A DNA stretch of 64,000 bases, from assembly GCA_964466705.1 (NCBI GenBank), contig CAYXSM010000014.1, positions 28,028 to 92,027 of the forward strand, given 5' to 3'. Position 1 is the stretch's first letter; every line of letters starts with the position of its first letter. The notes beneath the pieces are model-generated. The model was given only the letters and a program-made list of their open reading frames with translations. It was not told the DNA's origin and ran no database searches. Both the position numbers and the translations under genes were made by a program. The stretch is from an uncultured Rikenellaceae bacterium. Lineage in GTDB: Bacteria > Bacteroidota > Bacteroidia > Bacteroidales > VadinHA17. Shown here one piece after another: positions 48,966-58,157 of the stretch.

Positions 48966-49832
48966 CTATTTCTTCTTTTTATGAAATTCGGGTTCTTTTG
49001 GGAATATCTCTTCTCTTATCTGCCATAACTCTTCGGGAGTATCTATATCCGGGTCGACTTTAACCAGCAAAACCGGACTCAGCCCTTTGTCAGGATGTTG
49101 AATGTTATTGGATTTTTGATTCAGTATTTTTTTTGAAGCTCCGACAACGAACTGCTCCGATCTGTCAACAACATATCCACTCAGGGTTCCTTTACTGTTC
49201 AGAGTCAGATAATTGCTGAATATTTCCTTGCGAGTCAGATAAATCTCGCCCCTGAAAAACTTTCCCACACTAATCTGAACAGTGACTCCGGGATGCCCGT
49301 CGTTATCAGGATCTGTTAAATTGGGATCATTGGGATCCGTCGAAAGGGGTTTCATTGGATCTCCCTCAATTCCCAGAAGGCTGGGGCTTTCTGGCCTGTA
49401 AATATGCCAGGCTCCATCTTTTTGATATAATTCAACTTCCTGAACCCTGGGTTTTATTGCCTGGACAGCTTCATCACTGAATAACGATTTAGCATTCTTT
49501 CTGCTTAACTTTTGCTCTGCATGCACAAACCGGTCCAATTGCATAAGTTTGCCGTCCTCCAGGTAAAAATCAGTAAATCCGTATGAAATGATAAAGGTAC
49601 GCATGGTCGTTCTGGTTGTGGTGTCTTCATATGCCACCACATCATAGTGTGCATAATGGCCTGCAACCGCTTCTTTTGCACTTTCGGGGTCTTGCAGCTT
49701 CGACGTGTCAGCTTCTGCCTGTTCAAAGACATACAAAGGCGATTCAGGCCAATCCAATGGCCGTGAACAGGAATACAGTATAAATATAATGACCAGAAAT
49801 ACCGAATATAGCCAACTACCTTTTTGCATCAT
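48966..49832 (-). CDS. Hypothetical lipoprotein
   Basis: ATG at 49832 (MMQKGSWLYSVFLVIIFILYSCS lipobox). No recognised motif. Confidence 0.6.
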   Translation of the reverse strand: MMQKGSWLYSVFLVIIFILYSCSRPLDWPESPLYVFEQAEADTSKLQDPESAKEAVAGHYAHYDVVAYEDTTTRTTMRTFIISYGFTDFYLEDGKLMQLDRFVHAEQKLSRKNAKSLFSDEAVQAIKPRVQEVELYQKDGAWHIYRPESPSLLGIEGDPMKPLSTDPNDPNLTDPDNDGHPGVTVQISVGKFFRGEIYLTRKEIFSNYLTLNSKGTLSGYVVDRSEQFVVGASKKILNQKSNNIQHPDKGLSPVLLVKVDPDIDTPEELWQIREEIFPKEPEFHKKKK

Positions 49833-50083
49833 ACTTATGAGAGCATAGCATGGTTTCAGCAAATCTATTTAAAAGTCTCTTCATTTCCAAACCTTTAGCT
49901 TACATACCTGAGTTGATCCGCAGACGAGGTAATGGATAGGGCTGGTAAAGATGGAAATAAGCATTGGGAAATACAATTCCATTATATGACCCTTACATTT
50001 TTAATTGTATTTTCTGTCGAACTAATACGCCATTGAATCTGAGAGACACGATTTTACAATGTTGGTGAGGTCCCAAAATAAAC

Positions 50084-50114
50084 TTGACTTCTGCTCCGGG
50101 AATGTTTAAATTTG
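50084..50114 (+). promoter_or_regulatory. Bacteroidota-type promoter (conserved module), 250 nt upstream of the 50363 gene
   Basis: TTG (50084-50086), 20 nt, then TAAATTTG (50107-50114). Confidence 0.5.
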
Positions 50115-50362
50115 ATAATGAGATGGAAAAGAATTGTTTTAAGCTAAATTTCTGTAAGGATCACTTTTGTAATATTTCATTATTTTAAAATTCTCTTGTA
50201 ATCTTTCTGTCATTTCATGTGGAAAAAAGCATTATTATATTGTTGAAAAATAAGCAGTTCACATGGAATCCACATGAATTCATATTTTTCATATTTATTC
50301 GTGATTTTATATAATGTGGGTTTCAAAATTGTTCCTTTTATGAATTTTAAAACAAACATGCA

Positions 50363-50824
50363 ATGAAAAAGTCATTATTATTTTCAGCAGGAATTGCGTA
50401 TTTGACTGTAATTCTGGTTTTAGGGGGATGTGCAAATTTCAATGGACAAGAGAGAACAAAAGCTCAGGAAAAAGTAACGATTTATCTGAGATCAATCGTG
50501 ATCAATAATGAAAAACACCTCTCAATGTTCGATACAAACGGACATTTAGTTATAGATAGTCTTACAACATATGTTAGGACAGGCGGTACTGTTTTCTGGG
50601 AATTAGAAAAAGCGAGCGGGATTAAGAAAATAGAAAGAATATATGGCAGAAAAGGGAAATTAATCTTCAGGGAAGATGCAAAAAAAGTTCTTTTCGGTCA
50701 GAGATTTAAGCTTGAAGTGCCAGATAGTCTGATCAGAGGTACAAAAGAAGAATATTGCATTGATTATATCGATCAGGATGATTCACCAGTAACAATAGAT
50801 CCTTATATAAGAATAGAACCATAA
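50363..50824 (+). CDS. Hypothetical lipoprotein
   Basis: 153 aa. Lipobox VLGGCANF. Confidence 0.65.
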   Translation: MKKSLLFSAGIAYLTVILVLGGCANFNGQERTKAQEKVTIYLRSIVINNEKHLSMFDTNGHLVIDSLTTYVRTGGTVFWELEKASGIKKIERIYGRKGKLIFREDAKKVLFGQRFKLEVPDSLIRGTKEEYCIDYIDQDDSPVTIDPYIRIEP

Positions 50825-50837
50825 TATCTCTACGTTA

Positions 50838-52877
50838 GTGTATTGTCGTTTTGTTTCCTTTTTTTTAGTTGTCTTTTTTGCGACAATTAATATATCCATC
50901 ATTGTTACCGGGCAATCCACCGATAGTCTGGTCTATTTACTGGAAAACAACCTGGTTAAAGATGATTCGGCCCGATACGAACTTTTACGCAGGATCATCA
51001 AAGACACGCCTGATGTGGAAAGCAAGCTGCTTTATTGTGACCAGGCCATAAAGCTTGCTGAAAGGCTCACTATTATGCTTCCCAATACTTATATCTTAAA
51101 AGGCAACTGTTATATGGATTTAGGCGATCTTGTATCAGCGCTCGAATGGTTTATCAGGGCAGCAAATTATTACAAGGATCAAGGCAATAACATTGGCCTG
51201 GCAACGGTCTATATGTCAATAGCTGAAGCCTATAATATTCAGGGGAACCATAATAATGAAAAACATTACCTCCGGAATGCCATAGAAATCTTCAGGCAGG
51301 AAAAGGATTCGGTTAAGCTTGCTATTACCCTGACTAATCTGGGGTATGCAAATTACAGCATGAAGCAATATGACAGTGCGCTTATCTTTTACTCCGGAAC
51401 AGCTGATATATACAAAAAACTGAATCTGCAGCTGGAATATGGGTATTGTATAGGAAATACAGGTCTGGTTTATTCAAAACTGTCAGATTTTGAAAGAGCG
51501 GAAGAATATCTGCTCCGGGCAATAGAAATACTTACAAAACTTGATGACAAACGGGCAGTCACCGAATTCATGATAGAATATGGAAGGGTTCTTCAGAATA
51601 AGGGAGAAATTGATAAAGCAATTACATGTGTTGTCAGGGCTTTTGGCATTGCTGTAATAAATGATTATAAGGAATATGAACGCGATGCTGCCCATACACT
51701 TGCCCGACTTTACCAGTTTTCCGGAAGATATGACAGCGCTTTCCATTATCTGACCTTATACATCAATGCCAATGACAGTATTGTAAATGAAGAGGCCATT
51801 CAGAAAATGGCGGATCTGCGTACAGAATTTGAAGTTGCCAAAAAACAGACCGAGGTCGAGATATTGGAGAAAAACAAGGTAATACAGCGCATGGTTATTT
51901 TTGGACTGGCAGTCATCCTGTTGCTGGCCATAGGCATTATATTGCTCTATTATTCAAGTCTGAAGCGTTCAGGAAAGCTTATGGCTGCTCTTGAAGAGCG
52001 GCGGTTACAACTTGAAATACAAAGCTCGGAACTGAAAGAAAAGAATGATACAATAGTTAAATCCAATGAAGAGCTGAAACAATTGTATGAGATCACCAAT
52101 GCTCAAAAGCAGGAAATTATCAGCAGCATAAACTATGCGGAAAGAATCCAGAAAGCAGTCCTGCCGCCGGAGGATTATGTTACAGAGTTAATTAATGAAC
52201 ATTTTATATTCTTTCAGCCAAAAGAGATTGTCAGCGGAGATTTCTACTGGATAAAACAGGTAAAACAATATATTATTCTGACGTCAGCAGATTGCACAGG
52301 GCATGGAGTACCCGGAGCTTTGATGAGCATGCTTGGCATAAGCTATCTGAACGAAATTGTTCAGAGAAAGGAAATAACGATGGCAAATCAGATCCTGAAT
52401 GAGCTGAGAAAGGAAATCAAGCACTCCCTGCGGCAAACCGGGAAAAATGAAGAATCAAGAGACGGGATAGATATGGCTTTATGTGTGATTGATACTTCTA
52501 CCGGTATAATGCAGTATTCAGGCGCTTGCAGTCCGCTGTATATTGTGAGCCATAATAACGGTGAACCGGCACTCAGAGAAACAAAAGCTGATCAGATGCC
52601 GGTTGGTGTAAGCTTTTCAAGCGATAAGTCATTTACCAATCATGAAATTCATCTTGAAATAGGAGATACTTTTTACATCTCAACGGATGGCTTTATTGAT
52701 CAGACCGGGGGCAGTAACAAGACCAGATTCGGCAGCAATAATTTTAAGAAGCTTCTCCTTGAGATCCACGACAACCCTCTGTTCGAACAGAAGAAGATTT
52801 TACAGCAGACTTTTAAAGACTGGATGGGAGATAATCCCCAGAGAGATGATATACTGGTAATAGGTGCAAGATTGTAA
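50838..52877 (+). CDS. TPR - TM - coiled coil - SpoIIE/PP2C-type serine phosphatase
   Basis: 679 aa, GTG start. TPR block, TM segment (MVIFGLAVILLLAIGIILLYY), then VSGDFYW..DCTGHGVPGALMSM..DDILVIG of the SpoIIE domain. Confidence 0.85.
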   Translation: MYCRFVSFFLVVFFATINISIIVTGQSTDSLVYLLENNLVKDDSARYELLRRIIKDTPDVESKLLYCDQAIKLAERLTIMLPNTYILKGNCYMDLGDLVSALEWFIRAANYYKDQGNNIGLATVYMSIAEAYNIQGNHNNEKHYLRNAIEIFRQEKDSVKLAITLTNLGYANYSMKQYDSALIFYSGTADIYKKLNLQLEYGYCIGNTGLVYSKLSDFERAEEYLLRAIEILTKLDDKRAVTEFMIEYGRVLQNKGEIDKAITCVVRAFGIAVINDYKEYERDAAHTLARLYQFSGRYDSAFHYLTLYINANDSIVNEEAIQKMADLRTEFEVAKKQTEVEILEKNKVIQRMVIFGLAVILLLAIGIILLYYSSLKRSGKLMAALEERRLQLEIQSSELKEKNDTIVKSNEELKQLYEITNAQKQEIISSINYAERIQKAVLPPEDYVTELINEHFIFFQPKEIVSGDFYWIKQVKQYIILTSADCTGHGVPGALMSMLGISYLNEIVQRKEITMANQILNELRKEIKHSLRQTGKNEESRDGIDMALCVIDTSTGIMQYSGACSPLYIVSHNNGEPALRETKADQMPVGVSFSSDKSFTNHEIHLEIGDTFYISTDGFIDQTGGSNKTRFGSNNFKKLLLEIHDNPLFEQKKILQQTFKDWMGDNPQRDDILVIGARL

Positions 52878-52941
52878 AATTACTGTTGGAAAATCAGGTA
52901 ACGGGTTTTCAGTAATTCCAATGTGATTGACTATTGCATGA

Positions 52942-53063
52942 GCCGGTGACCCTGACTACTCCCGGCCGGAGTTAATTGACCACCTCCCGGCGGTTGTATG
53001 TATCTGTCATGTAGCTTATATTTTAAACTCCAGACCGGCTGAAGTGGTCAATACTTCCGGCTT
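52942..53063 (+). repeat. Intergenic palindromic repeat, family A copy L
   Basis: GCCGGTGACCCTGACTACTCCCGGCCGGAGTTAATTGACCAC..CCGGCTGAAGTGGTCAATACTTCCGGCTT. Starts 65 nt after the phosphatase stop. Confidence 0.7.
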
Positions 53064-53273
53064 CTGCATTTCATCACCAAAGAGCTTTTATTAAGTATCT
53101 GATAAAATTGTAACTTTACTTACGGCCCTGATAATCTTTGTTATTTAAAGTATTTGTGGTTCAATGCTAAATAACATAATACCAATATTTAAACCACACT
53201 TATTAACAAAACAACATAACACAAAGAAAATCAATCGGTTGAAATTTATATCTTGTACTATGATTTTGTAGTT

Positions 53274-54353
53274 ATGCGTATATGTAAACAGCATAGAATT
53301 AACAGGAGAGGTTTCTTATTTGTATTTTGCCTTTTTCTGTCTTCTCATATTTACAGCCAGAACGATACAATCGATCTTTCCTCGGTTTTCGGGGATTACC
53401 GCACAACTCTTTTCGACAGTAATGAGCTTCTTGAAGCAACTCTTCGTCTTGATGTTACAAGGCTCAGCAGGCCCCGGCAGACTAATGACAACCAGGAAGC
53501 AATTATTACCTATTATATCCCGGACAGCGATACTGTTACCAGAACAGTACAGCTCAGAGCAAGGGGTAATTTCCGGCGGAATTATTGCGACTTCCCACCC
53601 ATCAGGCTAAACTTCAGAAAGAATGAATTGCCGGGTGACATATTTCACCAGATAGATAAGATAAAACTTGTGACTCACTGCAAGGCAGGTACCAGTGATT
53701 ATGTCATCAGGGAATATCTTGTTTACAGAATATTCAATATCCTCTCTGACTATAGTTTCCGTGTCAGGCTAATGAAAATCAATTATATCAATATAAGACG
53801 GCCTGGCAGGGTTCTGGTTGAATACGCATTCCTGATTGAACCTGTTGAATTCCTTGCCTCCCGTACCAGATCGATTGAAGTCACAAACAAAGCACTTTCG
53901 CAAAAGCTCATGAAGCCTGATCACATGGACAAAGTGGCGATATTCAATTATATGATTGGCAATTACGACTGGTCCGTTCCCGGACTACATAACCTGGTTG
54001 CCCTCACTCTTCCTCTGTCGGAACAACCGGAGCACGGAATAGTGGTCCCATACGATTTCGATTATTGCGGACTAGTAAGCCCTTCCTATGCTGTACCTCC
54101 TGAAGAACTTCCTATCAAAACTGTCAGAGAAAGATTATATCGTGGATTATGCAGGGACGAGGCGACATTCAGGCAGAGACTTGATGAATTTGTCGGGAAG
54201 AAGGAAGCTATTTACAATCTCATTGACGAATCCCCCTACCTGAGGGACAGTCACAAAAGGGATATGAAGAATTATCTGGGCAGTTTTTTCCGAAGCATCG
54301 AAGGACGCAATGTTCTTCTTAATGATCTCCTCCGGGAATGTATCAATTTATAA
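53274..54353 (+). CDS. Exported hypothetical protein (possible CotH-like kinase fold)
   Basis: ATG at 53274 (MRICKQHRINRRGFLFVFCLFLSSHIYSQ). FNYMIGNYDWSVPGLHNLV..VVPYDFDYCG resembles the GNxD..HN..PxDxD pattern of CotH-type proteins. This is an impression only. Confidence 0.65.
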   Translation: MRICKQHRINRRGFLFVFCLFLSSHIYSQNDTIDLSSVFGDYRTTLFDSNELLEATLRLDVTRLSRPRQTNDNQEAIITYYIPDSDTVTRTVQLRARGNFRRNYCDFPPIRLNFRKNELPGDIFHQIDKIKLVTHCKAGTSDYVIREYLVYRIFNILSDYSFRVRLMKINYINIRRPGRVLVEYAFLIEPVEFLASRTRSIEVTNKALSQKLMKPDHMDKVAIFNYMIGNYDWSVPGLHNLVALTLPLSEQPEHGIVVPYDFDYCGLVSPSYAVPPEELPIKTVRERLYRGLCRDEATFRQRLDEFVGKKEAIYNLIDESPYLRDSHKRDMKNYLGSFFRSIEGRNVLLNDLLRECINL

Positions 54354-54548
54354 AATATTTATTTACTAAAAACCAAATGATATCAACCGGTTAATACATA
54401 GCTCAGGTTAAATCAAATTACAGACTTTTTTTATTTTCTTTAATAAGATCATAAATGTCTTGGCTCCACAATAAGATGGGCATAATTTGAATAACTGCTG
54501 TAATGATCTATCTGGGAAAAAATCATAATAAATATTAAGACAGCAAAA

Positions 54549-55832
54549 ATGAAAAAGACACAGATCACCAGAAGAGGATTTACCAAAGCAATGGGTTACG
54601 GTTCTCTGGCTGCATTAGGACGTCCAATGCTTTCAGCTTCAACTTTGGAAGCTGTACAGAAAACCGATACTATGAGAATTATAAAGGTAGATGCGGTGCG
54701 GTTCAGTGATAAAATTAAGATCGGTGGAGGGTCCGGAGGTTCGGGTGCAGCTGAATTCTGTTGGGTCAGGCTCCATACTGATTCAGGTATTATTGGCACC
54801 GGCGAGACCTATCCTTTCGCAAGCGGGGAACTGGGAACTCTGAGAGATTACACAAAGCAGCTGATAGGGCGCGATCCGCGGGATATTGATGGTATATGGC
54901 AACGTTTTTACCATGCCATGGCCATGAGGAACGCAGGTGGAGCTGACATGCGTATACTCAGCGCCATAAATATGGCTCAAATGGATATACTTGGGAAAGC
55001 CTCAGGCTTACCATTATACCGATTGATCGGGGGTAAAACAAGGGCTTCTGTGAAGGTCTATAATACAACCACCGATTACTGGGCAATAAATAATATGAAG
55101 ATGGGGACGGATACGGAAAAAATAGTGAATTTCCTGCTGGACAGAGGTATAACTGCAATTAAAATATATCCTTTCAGTGCACGAGGTCCACATATAACAA
55201 CTGCCGAAATTGAGAGCGGACTTGACTGGATCAGGCAAATCAGAAACACTGCGGGAGAAAAAATGGATATCTGTGTTGATTGCTGGGGCCGGTTTGACCT
55301 GCCCGGGGCCCAAAGAATTGCCAGAGCGCTGGAACCTTTTAGCATTCTTTATCTTGAAGATGTGATGCTGATGAATAATGCACAATCCTATGCTGTCCTT
55401 GCCCGTGAAACATCGGTTCCTGTTTGTATGAGTGAAACACTGGCCACAAGATATGAATTCCGGGAATTTCTTGAATACAAAGCATGTGATGTGATTATGT
55501 ACGACCTGTCATGGTGTGGTGGTATTACCGAAGCCAAAAAAATATCAGACATGGCCGACACTTATTTCATTCCAACTTCACCTCATACCTGTGGAGGCCC
55601 CTTGCTGTGGTTTGCTTCAATCCATCTCACAACCGCCCTCCCTAACTTTATGATAATGGAAAGCAACTACTGGAAGTATACTCACCAATATCCATATTTC
55701 ATCAATAATGTGCCTGTACCGGAAAACGGTTATGTAAAAGCACCGGAGGGCCCGGGTCTGGGTGCAGAGATTCGGCCGGAAATATTTAAAAACGGGGATG
55801 CGATTGTTGAAACGGTTGCACAAGCTATGTGA
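54549..55832 (+). CDS. Enolase-superfamily (mandelate racemase/sugar-acid dehydratase-like) enzyme with Tat-type signal
   Basis: 427 aa. TQITRRGFTKAMGYGSLAAL. Metal-ligand context ICVDCWGRFD, LYLEDV, MSETL. Confidence 0.85.
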   Translation: MKKTQITRRGFTKAMGYGSLAALGRPMLSASTLEAVQKTDTMRIIKVDAVRFSDKIKIGGGSGGSGAAEFCWVRLHTDSGIIGTGETYPFASGELGTLRDYTKQLIGRDPRDIDGIWQRFYHAMAMRNAGGADMRILSAINMAQMDILGKASGLPLYRLIGGKTRASVKVYNTTTDYWAINNMKMGTDTEKIVNFLLDRGITAIKIYPFSARGPHITTAEIESGLDWIRQIRNTAGEKMDICVDCWGRFDLPGAQRIARALEPFSILYLEDVMLMNNAQSYAVLARETSVPVCMSETLATRYEFREFLEYKACDVIMYDLSWCGGITEAKKISDMADTYFIPTSPHTCGGPLLWFASIHLTTALPNFMIMESNYWKYTHQYPYFINNVPVPENGYVKAPEGPGLGAEIRPEIFKNGDAIVETVAQAM

Positions 55833-56074
55833 CCGTGTTTTGCGGGATACTGAATACATTAAGCGGGGATGCCGAATATGTCAATGCCGGTCATAATCCG
55901 CCTTATTTGCTACCTTCTTACGGGGAAGATAAACTTAAGACTTTACTTGAGGAGCATTTTGTACTGCCAATTGATTCCATAAATAAAGAATTGCCGGAAG
56001 ATGTAAATGCTTTCGCAAATGGCACTAACGGATCTGACGATATAGCATTAATGGCAATTGTTTTTAATGGATAG
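55829..56074 (+). pseudogene. Remnant of a SpoIIE/PP2C phosphatase C-terminus
   Basis: VFCGILNTLSGDAEYVNAGHNPPYLL..SDDIALMAIVF keeps the NAGH and DDITL-type motifs. It lacks the N-terminal two thirds and about 40 internal residues, and it starts on top of the upstream stop codon. Confidence 0.6.
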
Positions 56075-56120
56075 GATGGTTCCTGGTAACCTGATTGGAA
56101 GCGAACTAAAACTTAAAGTT

Positions 56121-56573
56121 TCAGGCATGGTCTGACCGAAATGCCTTAGAATCAAGCGACCATTTTCCTCCGCCATAAATGATCAGAACAATTAAAAGCA
56201 TAGTCATGGAAAAATCCGTTGTATACTGATGGGCAAATGCCCAGAAACCATTTGAAGAAAGCAAAGGCAATTTAGTAGTCAGGAACGCAGTAATCATTAT
56301 GATAATCAGAGGGATGGAAGCCAGTCTGGTCAAAAGGCCCAAAATAACCAACGTTCCGCAGAGAACCTCTATTGCCCCTGTGAGATAAGCCCAGAAAAAA
56401 GCATTGCGGAAACCTATCTCATCAAAAAAACTTGGACCGTATACCTCAACGACCAGGTATTTCAAAATACCTTCAAGAATGAATACTGACCCGACTATCA
56501 GTCTGATGAATATCATTTTATAGTCATCCCCTGTATTAAACACCAGTGACTTTATTGTTACTTTACTCTCCAT
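56121..56573 (-). CDS. DoxX-family membrane protein
   Basis: Start taken at M20. IRLIVGSVFILEGILKY and 4 TM helices. Confidence 0.75.
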   Translation of the reverse strand: MESKVTIKSLVFNTGDDYKMIFIRLIVGSVFILEGILKYLVVEVYGPSFFDEIGFRNAFFWAYLTGAIEVLCGTLVILGLLTRLASIPLIIIMITAFLTTKLPLLSSNGFWAFAHQYTTDFSMTMLLIVLIIYGGGKWSLDSKAFRSDHA

Positions 56574-56999
56574 GGCTGCAGTTGTTATAGTCACTTTACC
56601 CTTCACTAACAGTTTATAAACAAATAACATCAGTTGTTTGTTAATTCCCGGGCCGATTTAATTTCAGATAATTTGTTCAAACTGCGGTATAGTTATAACC
56701 TCCAGGGAGCAGATCACAGATAAATTAAGTTATGCCATTTCTGGTCTTATGTTTTGCTAACAGGGTCAAACTTTTTACCATTTACAGTATATTTTTTACC
56801 TTATAGATCAAATTACTTACCTGTAAGGGCCTTAATTTCTGCTGGCAAATGCTTTTAACCGAACGTCGGACAAAGAGTTATAATCTGGCTTAAAATTTTT
56901 CAGGAGATATTACCAAACCCTGCCGGATCTTGAAATCACATCCCTGATAATATAATCTGACATCGAAAAAAATGCAGATGATACCACCCATAGATTTAT

Positions 57000-57030
57000 T
57001 TGACTTTGCCTGTGGAATATTGTAAATTTC
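57000..57030 (+). promoter_or_regulatory. Bacteroidota-type promoter (conserved module) for the 57120 gene
   Basis: TTG (57000-57002), 20 nt, then TAAATTTC (57023-57030), with one mismatch to TAnnTTTG. Confidence 0.45.
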
Positions 57031-57119
57031 AATAATAATCACTGGTTGAGTTCTGATATAGAATCGAAGTGTAGCTCAGTTGCGCAGTGTGACAAATTAC
57101 AGATCAGCATGGAAATCAG

Positions 57120-58010
57120 ATGGAAATGAAAAAACATATAGTGTTCGCTTTCTCTTTGGTTTTCATTACAATGAACCCTGAATCCTTTGGGCAGAATCTG
57201 CCGGATACAACAACAACAATGAGGATAGAAACCAACGATGGGAATATTTTCACTGGTTATCTTATATCTGAAGATTCTTTGGCTCTGGTATTATCAACTC
57301 AGATTTATGGTGAGGTAAAAATTCCGGCGAGTTACATTAAATCAAGACGTCGGCTCACACAGGTTAAGAAAGTAGGTGACGAGATCTGGCTGCCAAATCC
57401 ACAGTCATCCCGCTATTTCTGGGCTCCAAATGGTTATGGTCTCGATGCAGGAACATCATATTACCAGAACATCTGGATATTATATAACCAGTTTTCATTC
57501 GGAGTAACAGACAATTTCTCAATAGGGGCCGGAATGCTGCCTCTGTTTCTTTTTGCAGGAACTTCAACGCCTTTCTGGATAGTACCAAAATTATCCATTC
57601 CTGTAGTTAAAGAGAAATTCAATATTGGGACAGGTGCCTTTCTCGGGACCATTATCGGTGAGGATGCAGGTATTTTCGGGCTCCTGTATGGCACAACTAC
57701 ATTTGGTACACGAGATAAGAACATAAGTTTTGGACTTGCATATGGGTTTGCCCAGGATGACTGGCTTGATATTCCGGTAATAAATATCAGCGGAATGGTA
57801 AGAACAGGTCCGAGAGGCTATTTTATAACCGAAAATTATGCTATCACAGCCGAAGGTGAATTGGTATTAATGATATCAGCCGGAGGACGAAGCATTATCC
57901 GTAATATCGGACTTGATTACAGTCTCTGGGTCCCGATCGGATCTGAAATAGAAACCTTCGTAGCCTTACCTTTCCTGGGAATAACAATACCAATCGGAAA
58001 AAAGAATTGA
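57120..58010 (+). CDS. Secreted hypothetical protein, Gly/aromatic-rich (possible beta-barrel)
   Basis: 296 aa. Signal MKKHIVFAFSLVFITMNPESFGQ (from M3). Confidence 0.6.
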   Translation: MEMKKHIVFAFSLVFITMNPESFGQNLPDTTTTMRIETNDGNIFTGYLISEDSLALVLSTQIYGEVKIPASYIKSRRRLTQVKKVGDEIWLPNPQSSRYFWAPNGYGLDAGTSYYQNIWILYNQFSFGVTDNFSIGAGMLPLFLFAGTSTPFWIVPKLSIPVVKEKFNIGTGAFLGTIIGEDAGIFGLLYGTTTFGTRDKNISFGLAYGFAQDDWLDIPVINISGMVRTGPRGYFITENYAITAEGELVLMISAGGRSIIRNIGLDYSLWVPIGSEIETFVALPFLGITIPIGKKN

Positions 58011-58157
58011 TCAGGGTCTAAAGCAAAATGAGATTATGGTTATACTTCCAATCAGATAAGAAAAGGCTATTCAAAATTCATGGCTTTAATCTCGAAGAAG
58101 GTACCTGCTACGGACAAAAGTTGCAACCTGATAACGGATCTTTTAATCTCTAAAATC

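Noticed and set aside
57066-57100. tRNA-like start GTGTAGCTCAGTTG
   Set aside because: No matching D-arm closure, anticodon arm, T-arm GTTCGAATC-type sequence or acceptor complement follows, so it is not a tRNA.
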